DNA of 63,936 nt, filler included. It is 10 parts of 10 records of this genome, joined end to end, with 100 filler letters (N's around TTAATTAATTAA, not from the genome) between each part and the next. Parts side by side here need not be neighbours in the genome. Positions count along the whole stretch, not along the records: positions 8,223 to 15,628 come from SRR7504441_2991; positions 15,729 to 20,665 come from SRR7504441_2992; positions 20,766 to 29,341 come from SRR7504441_2998; 7 more parts are not named here. One strand, 5' to 3'. Position 1 is the first letter of the stretch, and every line of letters starts with the position of its first letter. This document shows, piece after piece, positions 11,811 through 20,989 of the stretch. Both the position numbers and the translations under genes were made by a program. The notes under the pieces were generated by a model, which worked only from the letters and a program-made list of their open reading frames with translations, was not told the origin of the DNA and ran no database searches.

Positions 11811-12944
11811 TCACGGGCAATGGAACATTGCACCGGTCGTATGGTTTGTGCACATCATGCTCGAAGGATCCGCCCAACACTTCATCAACCCATCCGCTGG
11901 GGACCCACGGCACGGAATCGCGATCTTTCCGAGCGTAACAAGCTCTTCCGCACTCAGCGAGAAATCGAAAATGTCCAGATTCTCAGCCTGATATTTTGCG
12001 CTGTGCGAGGACGGAATGGGCGAAATGCCCTTATCCAGCAGGAACCGGAGCGCCACTTGCGCCGGCGACTTGGAGTACTTGGTTGCGATCGCGGTGATGT
12101 CGTGCTGGACGCCTGGCGTGATCAGCGCTGGCAGGCTGCGGCTGAGAGGTGTGGCTGCCTGGACCAGTACCCCGTGCGCCTCGCACCAGTCGAGCATAGC
12201 CTGGTCCCACCAGCCGATGTGCGACTCGATCTGATTCACCGCTGGGAGCTCCATCCCTAACTTGCTCATCCGCTCGAGGTTGCGCACAAGCCAGTTCGAG
12301 ACCCCGATCGCACGGACCTTCCCACGAGCCTTGAGCTCACTGAGCGCCCGCCAGCTCTCGTCCTGACAGGTGACCCAGCTGGAGTCCTGTACCGCACACG
12401 GCGGTGGGAGCCACGAGGCCATCCCGGTGGTCCGGTTGTTCAGCGGGTTATCTGAGTAGAGCAAGTTGTCGGGAAACGCAACCATGGATGAGACCACTCT
12501 AGGCCATTCGCCGGCGTCGGCAGCACGGTGGTGGATCATGACCAGATCCAGATAGGACACATTCAGCTGGCCGAGCGAGGCTTCCACCGCGGCGATGGTC
12601 TCGTTGTAGCCCATCAAATACTTTGGCACCATCGACATCATGAATATCTCGGCCCTGCTCACCTCGCTGGCGGCCACCGCGTCGCTGATGGCAGCTCCCA
12701 GTCCGGCCTGGTTGCTGTACGACAACGCGTCGTGGAACGAGCGGTAGCCCAACGAGAGCGCCGAGCGGACCGCGGCGTACCCAGGGCAGGCGTGCTCGCT
12801 GCCGTCGATGTCGGGGTGGCAGGCTCCGCTCGATCCGAGCCCGATGGACGGCATCACTGCACCCCCGCGGAGCGTCACTGTCCGTCCGAGCGGACTAGCC
12901 GCCGCAAGCCCGACACAGAGTACGAGCACCCCTCTCACTGGCAT
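11811..12944 (-). CDS. Aldo-keto reductase family protein with predicted signal peptide, intronless
   Basis: MPSIGLG, GYRSFHDALSY, YLDLVMIH, GKVRAIGVSNW, PAVNQIE, AQVALRF, ENLDIFDFSLS. N-terminus MPVRGVLVLCVGLAAA. Confidence 0.9.
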   Translation of the reverse strand: MPVRGVLVLCVGLAAASPLGRTVTLRGGAVMPSIGLGSSGACHPDIDGSEHACPGYAAVRSALSLGYRSFHDALSYSNQAGLGAAISDAVAASEVSRAEIFMMSMVPKYLMGYNETIAAVEASLGQLNVSYLDLVMIHHRAADAGEWPRVVSSMVAFPDNLLYSDNPLNNRTTGMASWLPPPCAVQDSSWVTCQDESWRALSELKARGKVRAIGVSNWLVRNLERMSKLGMELPAVNQIESHIGWWDQAMLDWCEAHGVLVQAATPLSRSLPALITPGVQHDITAIATKYSKSPAQVALRFLLDKGISPIPSSHSAKYQAENLDIFDFSLSAEELVTLGKIAIPCRGSPADGLMKCWADPSSMMCTNHTTGAMFHCP

Positions 12945-13010
12945 TTGCGGGGTCTTTCCGTTATTTTCGTCCTGCCACGCGTTCGACTGCGGAAGGGGTG
13001 AGCAGCATTG
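12945..13010. promoter_or_regulatory. Putative 66-bp bidirectional promoter between the AKR and SPX-carrier genes
   Basis: Divergent ATGs at 12944 (-) and 13011 (+). Confidence 0.55.
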
Positions 13011-14350
13011 ATGAAGTTCGGCAAGCAGCTGGACGCGCACATCAAGGGCTGCGAGTCCCGGCCGATGGACCCGTGCCGCCGAGCAGACTACGTCGACTAC
13101 GGCCACCTCAAGCGCAGGATCCGCCAAGGGCTCTCCGAGGCCGAATTTCAGCAATGCTACAAGGCCGAGCTGGCTCGGTTCACAAACACAATGCGGCAGG
13201 GCATGGCGCGGGACCCGCAATTCGCCGAGATCAACAAAGCCGCGCTGGATAAGATATCCAAGAAGTTCGACCGGCGGCACAACGGCGGAGTCCGTCTCCG
13301 CAACAGGCAGGAGGCGGCAGCGGCGACGGACGCCGCGCTGGCTCGGCTGCAGCTGGATGATCTGTCCGGAGCGGCGGTGCCCGGCGAGCTGGTGCTGCCA
13401 GCGGAGCAGACGCGCCCGCAGGCCGGTTGGCTGGTGTTCGCTGCGGGCGCGTTCTCCGGGGTTGTTTCGCGCTCGCTGACGGCGCCGCTGGACAGGATCA
13501 AGTTGATGATGCAGGCCGGGAACGCGCCGCGCGGGAGCGGGCAGGAGGTGCTGCGCGTGTCCGGGCGGCAGGGCCGGATGCTTGGGACTGGGAGGGTAAT
13601 CTGGGCGAATGGCGGCCTCCGTGGGTTCTGGCAAGGGAACGGTACCAATGTGCTCAAAGTTATGCCAGAGAGCGCCGTTAAGTTCTATGTGTACGACCGG
13701 GTGAAGAGCGCGATTCAGCGCGGGTCTGAACGGCAGCTGAGTATTCCGGAGCGGTTGGCTGCGGGCTCTGTGGCTGGAGGGCTGGCTCAAGTCTGCGTCT
13801 ACCCTTTGGACGTCACAAAGACTCGGCTAGCCGTGTCGTCAGCCGGCACGTATCGGGGGATGTTGCACTGTCTGACGCGGACGGTCGCTACTGAGGGGCC
13901 TCTGGCGCTTTACAGAGGGGTGGGGGTGGCCTTAGCTGCGATAGTGCCAGCGGCTGCGATAGACTTAGCCGTGTACAACACACTGCGTGTGAGGTACGAA
14001 GAAGCCAACCCAGGCCGCCAGATGCCTATTGTCTGCGCTCTAGGGTGACACCGGCGGCCCGGCGAGAGCGCTGACTGCTCGGCAGGTTCGGTGCGGTATC
14101 GGCAGTGTGTGGAGCGGTGGTGGCTTACCCGTTAACAATGCTCCGGACCCGGCTGATTGCGCAGGGGATGCCCGGACGGCCTATCCTGTACGCCAACGCC
14201 TGGGATTGTCTGCGCCAGACCATAGAGCGCGGTGGGCCGAGGGCGCTGTACGCGGGGCTGACTCCTGCGCTGATGAAGGCGGTCCCGGCAGTTAGCATCG
14301 GCTGGGGCGCGTTTGAGAGCGCAAAGCGGACGCTTGAGACGGTCAAATAA
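13011..14350 (+). CDS. SPX-domain / ATP-Mg/Pi-type mitochondrial carrier (SLC25A23/24/25-like) fusion, 1 intron (14045-14085)
   Basis: N-terminus MKFGKQL...YVDYGHLKRRI...EINKAALDKISKKFDRR (SPX hallmarks) is in one uninterrupted exon with SRSLTAPLDRIK, GNGTNVLKVMPE and YPLDVTKTRL; YPLTMLRTRL follows after the intron. Confidence 0.88.
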
Positions 14351-14450
14351 ATCAAATACAAGTATACGCACCTATAGACCATCTCGGCATCTCGGCATCT
14401 CGTGCCATCTAATGTGCAATTGTCATTATTCCTAGAGGTGGAGCAGACTG

Positions 14451-15603
14451 ATGATGAGTATGACTGTCGTTATTCTGGATTCGCGTGCAGTGCAACGCGC
14501 AACGCACGAGCAGGGTGGCGGTGGTGCGCGTGGAGGCGCGGCGGCTGGCCGAGCCGCTGCCGCTCGACGAGCTGCCGGAGCCCGTGTCGGTCGATCTCGG
14601 ATGGGCCGGCAGCCGCGGACAGGACGAGCTACCGGAGAAAGCCCCTGTCCCGGCGGGGGTGGGCCCGCTCCTGTTGGCTGGTGGGGTGGCTGGGGCCGCC
14701 TCTCGGACGGCCACAGCGCCGCTGGATAGGCTGAAGGTGATCGTTCAGGCCACCGGAGCCCGGCAGGGGCTGTGGCGCGGGGCTAAGCGGATCTACAGCG
14801 AGGGTGGGGTGTGGGGCTTCTGGCGGAGCAACGGAACTAACGTGCTCAAGGTGGCCCCGGAGACAGCGGTGCGCGCCCTGGCCCGCGCCCGGCTGAGGTG
14901 TACGGCGCAGATTAAGTTCTTTTGCTACGAGCGTATTGTGGCCGGATTAGGCGGGCTGTCCAGGCGGGGCGACGGAGCGGAGCGGCTATCTCCGGCGGTG
15001 ACCAAGCTGCTGGCCGGTGGATTTGCTGGTGTGACTGCTCAGAGCGTGATATACCCACTAGAGATCTTAAAGACCCGCCTAGCTCTGATGCCCAGACGGG
15101 TGGGGCTGCTGGCCACGGCTCGAGAGGTAATTCGGCGGGACGGTGTGCGAGGGATGTACAGAGGACTGCTCCCGTCCACGCTGGGGATATTCCCGTACGC
15201 GTCAATTGACCTGGCAGTGTTCAATACGCTCAAAGACACGTACAAGGCTGAGAATCCACAAATCGAGCCTTCGGTCAGCCTTTTGCTAGCCTTTGGTGCC
15301 TTCTCTTCAACCTGCGGGGCTGTCTTTGCCTACCCTCTGCAGGTGGCCATCCGAGCGGAAGGGTGTTGAGCTGATTGGCAGACTGTTCGGACGAGGCTGC
15401 AAGCGCAAGGGATGCAGAACCACTTTGAGCTGAGGACCGAGCATTACGATGGAATGGTGGATTGCTTCTCCAAAGTGGTCAGGAAGGAGGGCCTAATGGG
15501 GCTTTATAGAGGGCTGCTGCCCAATCTTCTCAAAGTGCTACCCGCTGTGTCGATTAGCTACGCCGTGTTTGAGAAGACCAAGGCCCTACTACTTGCTCGA
15601 TAA
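14451..15603 (+). CDS. ATP-Mg/Pi-type mitochondrial carrier lacking EF-hands; start uncertain, at least 2 introns
   Basis: SRTATAPLDRLK, NGTNVLKVAPE, YPLEILKTRL, PYASIDLAVFNTLK, PNLLKVLPAVSISYAVFE. No in-frame ATG lies upstream, so a further 5' intron (e.g. 14586-14622) is required. Confidence 0.85.
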
Positions 15604-15628
15604 AAGACGAGCGGCTCGTTGGCTTTAA

Positions 15629-15728
15629 NNNNNNNNNNNNNNNNNNNNNNNNNNNNNNNNNNNNNNNNNNNNTTAATTAATTAANNNNNNNNNNNNNNNN
15701 NNNNNNNNNNNNNNNNNNNNNNNNNNNN
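15629..15728. other. Artificial contig spacer
   Basis: N44-TTAATTAATTAA-N44. Confidence 0.99.
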
Positions 15729-16086
15729 CGCCCGGAGCAGTACTATCGGTGGCACGTGTCGATTCTGCCGCTGCACAAGGACTGGGTCATACCGACATGG
15801 GGCTGTCCGGTCATGTCCCAGACGGGAGAACAAATGGCCGCCACGCTTCGCGCCAACGCCTAGCATGCATGCATAATGTGCACATCATGCGCGCATCTCT
15901 CTTCAACTTAGCTCTCCTTAATCATTATCCTGGTCCTATCCTGGTCCAATGTATTCAATTCAATATGAAATTATAATTCAAGTATATTTAATCAATGCGA
16001 GCGCAACGCTAATTAAGCCCCGTGATCCGCCATTTGAAATTTTTGGACTGCAACATTTGGTCGGTTACTGTCTGTATCATTGGCCA

Positions 16087-18573
16087 CTACCGGAAGCCTT
16101 GCTCTGAGTACATGGACGGGAGCGATCCTGTGTAGTCGAGCTGCTTGATCACTTGCTGCCGATCGAACCTCCCCTCGGCCTTGGCTCGGTTGGCGCTGAC
16201 AGTGGTCACAAAGTGCGGGTGCGATTGCGTGAGCAGCTGCACAAACTTCTCTAGAGAGCCCTTGAACTGGCCGGCCGCGCTGTGCGCCTCTGCCTGCAAG
16301 TTGGCCGCCCCGAACGCTGCGATGTGCGGGAGGGCGCTCTCAGCCAGCACGTCGGCCACCACTCGAAGCATCCGGCCGTCGTACGCGTGCGCCCGCACAA
16401 ACTCGTCCCCAAAGTCGTACACAACCTTGCCCCAGGTGTGCTGGATCGCCATAGCCGCTGGCCCGTACCTGCCGGAGGCTGAGCGGCCAGTGCTGCCGGC
16501 CGGGCACCGGAATCGGCTGTGGTCGGGCTCAAGCTCGCACGTGCTGAACAGAGGGTGCTCGATAGAGTGCTCGGCCACGTACCCCGCCAGCTTGTGCACC
16601 GCCGGGTCGAGCCAAAGCTGCTTGCAGTACTCGTCGGCCAGCTGCCCTTCAGTCGGCCGGCGCCCGGGGCCGGGCTCACCTTGAAGAGGCCGTGCTGCCC
16701 TGCAATCAGCTCAAGCACCGCTCTGTTGTCCTGGACCTCGAGCTCGGCCTGGCTCTCGTCCACGCCCTGCTGCTTCCAGTGCTGCCGGCCGGTGTAGAGC
16801 ACGTACTCGTTCCGGTAGTTCATCATCACCTCGTGCAGCATGTTCCGTGTCAGCTGGGCGTACCGGTTGCAGTAGTTGCGCGGCGAGTCCACGTTCTGGT
16901 CATACAGGAACTCGGCCGTGGTCGGGACGCAGATCCCTATGAAGCTCTCGCTCATCTGGTTGGGCTTCCAGCTGACCGACCGGGCCACAAACTCGACCAG
17001 CGACATGTACAGCTGCTGGGCCAGCGCGTCCCTCAGCCGCTCGGCGCTCGCAGGCAAGAACGCGACAGCGACCGGCTCGTCCCCGACAACGTGCCGCGTG
17101 CACCGCACGAGCGAGGCCTTGAACGCGTCCGGATCCGGCAGCCGGAGCAGCTCGGCCACCTGGTCGGCCAGCTCCGGGTTGGCCAGCACAGCCGCCTCGT
17201 CCCCGCAAAACTCGAGGTTCCCAATCAGCAGGATCGCAGAGACTGTCCGCAAGATGTGGTCTTGCTTGGCCGGCTGGACTGCGACCGCGTTGAGCAGCGA
17301 GAGCAGGTCGTGGAAGTCGCGCGCGTCGTCCTTGGTCTTCTGGCCCTCCGGGTTCCGGATCTCGAAACAGACAGGCTCGTCGTCGAGCATCGCACACCCG
17401 TTGATCCTCCTGTTCAAGTACTTGTAGCTCCGCGCACTCTCAAGCAGAAAGTACTTCTCGCGCATCTCGGCGTCGGCCCCGGCCAGCAGCTGGTAGAAGA
17501 TGTGGTAGTTCCGCTCGCAAGGGCCCTGCCCCGGCTGTGAGCGCCCGCCCGACCCAGACCAGTCACCTGGAAGATCACGCGCGAGGTGTCCAGCCCGAAC
17601 ACCTCCACCTGGGCCGCGCAGATCTCGTCCGCTGAGTGCACCCCTGCCCGCACTCGCACCCCGGCCGGTGGGCGGGGCACCTAGCTTGACCGAGAGCGAG
17701 GCGCGGCACGAGTTGTCGTTCCTTGCCATCTTGGCATTGGTGAATGTGTGCATAATGTAGAGCGCCGTGGTCACCCTGTCCGAGAAGTGGGCGTCGCACG
17801 AGCCGTACGCCATCTCGAAGAAGGCCAGCGACTGGTTCAGCGTGTACGACACCCCCGATCCCGGCCCGTTGCTCCTGCCCACCAGTCGGCCGGCCGGCTG
17901 CCCGCAGCGCACATCAGCACGAGCATCTGGGACTTGCCCTGCCCGTTGAGCGCGTGGACCATGTCGTTAAGCACCGCGTACAGGTGCGCCGGGTTGTCTT
18001 GCCGCTGAGTCTCGGGCCCGAGGTAGCTGCGGCCCCAGCTCCGGCCGGCCGGCCAGCCGGGCACCGTCGCATGGTGGCCGCGTCGAAGCAGCTAGGCTGG
18101 GTGAACAGGTTGAGCGCCACCAGCTGGGAGCCGGCGTAGGTGTATATCTCGCCCTGGGTCGACCGGCTCTCGAGCAAGTCCCGCACAAACAGCTCGAGCG
18201 AGTCGGCAGGCAGCTCGTCCTGCCGGCCGGTGAGCAGGCAGGCCCGGCCCATCGGGAGCACCGCGGTGGACTGGGGCGCGAACCGGGTGCAGAAGCGGGT
18301 GCCGTACGAGTGGGTGGGCACCAGGATCTCGCGCTGGTGCAGCTCGGCCGGCACCATCGGGTCGGCAGGGAACCGCAAGGCCACCCGCTTGCCGCTGACA
18401 GCCGGCTGGCCGGGCGGGGCGGGGCGGGCTGACCTGACGGTCTCGATGACGCATGGCCAGTGGTTGGACAGCAGGTCGAACGGCGGCTCGATGTACCATG
18501 CCTGCTGCCCGGCCTCCAACGTGGCCCCATCCTCTGAGCTGGTCGCCAGCACGCCTGCTCCAGACGCAGACAT
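16087..18573 (-). CDS. Divergent myosin motor-domain protein, catalytic motifs degenerate, no lever arm or tail; at least 8 introns
   Basis: GEIYTYAGSQLVALN, PAHLYAV, NAKMARNDNSCR, ERNYHIFYQLLAG, RDALAQQLY, IQHTWGKVVYD, PHFV, VIKQL...GF. A possible last intron adds about 23 aa to a stop near 15977. Confidence 0.82.
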
Positions 18574-18697
18574 CTTTCAACAGCAGCTCCTCGCAAAAAA
18601 CAAATAAAATCAGAGCTCGAAATAGATGCTCCTTCCGATGCAGATGGTGTTCCCGCGCTGCTGATCGAAGGCCCAACCGGCGGTATTGGGTGCGACG

Positions 18698-20665
18698 ATG
18701 CCGTCCAACTCGCGGCCCCAGAGCAGCAGGGATCGGGTCGACCACACCCACTTCCCGGCTATCCAACCCGCCTCAGACGCTCGAGCAAACTCGGCCGCCC
18801 AGCGGGTGCGCGCTGCAGGCGGCCCGCACCGCCCTGACCGGCCGTGTGCAGCGAGCCGCCAGCGGGAGCTCCAAGCTGCCGCCGCTCGCGGCCCAGGACG
18901 CACCGGAGCGTCCGCACGACAACCCTGAGGTAAACCGACTAAACCGGCGGCGCTGACTGGAGGGCTGCAGGCTGCCCAGCCGGCAGGGCTCGGGGGGGAG
19001 CTCGGGACCTTGCTCACCTCGATGTCGAATGCGCAGCTGGTGCTCAAACAAGGCGAAAGGGGGCTGAGCTGGCAGATCACCGGGGAGGTCGCGGAGGGGC
19101 AGGACAAGGTGGCCCAGCTGGCCCAGGAGCAGCCGCTTCGGGATGAGTTTGTCGAGTCGTACAAGAGCAAGGCAGTACGAAAGGAGCCCGCCAAGGTCGA
19201 AGGCGAGGATGGTGAGGCCGATGTGCTGGTGGTGGATCCTTGGGCCGAGTGGAGGAGGGTGAGGGACCAGGACGAGGAGTCTGATGTGGACCTCGGGGAT
19301 GAGGAGGTCACCTCCAAGCAGGAGCAGCTAGAGCAGTTCGAGGACCTGCAGCTGCGCGTGATGAAAGTGATCTCATCCGAGCGCAAGAACAAGAAGGCTG
19401 TGATCCGCAATCATAAAGCAGTCGTGGCTGCACACAAGCAGCGAGAGGCTGACTTAATGGCAGAGATTGCTCAACTTAAAGCTGAGGGGGTCGAAATGCG
19501 CGCCACGATTGCTAGCCTTTCGGACGAGGTGTCCAGGCTCGAGGCTGTGGAAGTACAGCTCTTGCATCGCTGTGAACACGAAGCAATACGACGGGAGGAT
19601 GTGGAGCACATAGCCCTTCGCTTCAAAGAGCATCATGCAGAAGCTGAGGAGGCTCGTCGCCGTGCTGAGATGGCCCGTGCATCCTTCGAGCGGGAGCTCC
19701 GAGAGCTGCGAAATGAAATTCGGTCGGCGTGTGAGGGTGTGGAAGAGCCGCTGGTGATGTTGCGGTCACTGTTGGGAGAGTTGTGCGAGAAGCTGCGTTT
19801 TGACTTTGCAGAGTCTCTCGATACTACCTCCACCCAGGACGGCGAAGCTAAGGCGCATGACCCAACAACCCGCCTAGTTATGGCAAACATTGGCATGTTT
19901 GGAGAGCTTGGCTCACTAGTGGAATCTCTTCGTGGTATGTTGTTACTGCTCGGTGGACTGGTGGGACGGCCAGGCGCAGATGCAGATGATATGCCAGCAA
20001 GGGAGTTGTTGTCTGGAGCTGTGACCTGGGCCATCGGATCTTCGTTACCTAATTGTTTTGCTGAAGTAAAGGGTGCCTGTGAGGCTGTCACTGCCACTGC
20101 TGCAGCAATGGCAGAGCGAACATCCTCCGATGGTCATGCAATGCAGATGCTTGGAGAGGAGAATGTCACTTTGCGGGAGCGTCTGACTGCACTGGAGCAC
20201 TTTGAACTGGAACGCGATGAGGCATGGTCTAAAGTTGAGGTAATGCAGCGCGAAGTGGATAATCTGCTACTTGAGAAAAAGGGGATGGAGGAAAGACTCG
20301 CTAATCAGATGGCAACCATGGAGAAAATGGTCGATGAGCGCATCCAAGTATGTAATGCCATGGTCAAGTTGCAGGCAGATCAAGAGGCAAGCGAGCAACT
20401 CAAGCGAGAGGCAACTAACATGAAGGCGGATATTGAGCAGCTGGAGCTTGCTAATGGCACACTTGTAAATGAGAATAAGAAGGTTCAGGATCAGCTACAG
20501 GTGTATACCAGTAAGACAATGGAGCTGACTGAAGCATACTCTGAGTTAGACAACACTTGCACCACCAAGCAGCAGCGGCTTGAAGACATGATTGAGCAGC
20601 GAGCTCAGCTGGAGCAAAAGATAAAGCCGTTGCAAAACGGAGTGGAGCAAATTACAGCCGAGCGA
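18698..20665 (+). CDS. Long coiled-coil protein, truncated at contig end, 2 introns
   Basis: ATG 18698; two GT-AG introns join it to the E/Q/K/L-rich ORF 19010-20665. Confidence 0.75.
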
Positions 20666-20765
20666 NNNNNNNNNNNNNNNNNNNNNNNNNNNNNNNNNNN
20701 NNNNNNNNNTTAATTAATTAANNNNNNNNNNNNNNNNNNNNNNNNNNNNNNNNNNNNNNNNNNNN
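20666..20765. other. Artificial contig spacer
   Basis: N44-TTAATTAATTAA-N44. Confidence 0.99.
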
Positions 20766-20989
20766 CGCTTTATCACGGGCTCCTCCTCTCCTCATTCTCG
20801 ATGCCACGCCGGGCACAGACGGCGGCTCGGGCTTGCGAGTGAACTCGTCTGGCTCGAGCTCCAGCTGGTGATGCCGCTGTTTATTCGACGCTCCCGGGGT
20901 CCCCTCCCGGGCTTGTAATTTGCCTGCACGCGTGGCAGTGTGTAGATCTAACGGTCGTCTAACGGCCAAAGTCCCTCCATGTAAGGGCA

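Noticed and set aside
11811-13790. 659-aa minus-strand ORF overlapping the SPX-carrier
   Set aside because: The upstream part is the antisense shadow of the carrier gene; the AKR plausibly starts at ATG 12944 with a signal peptide.
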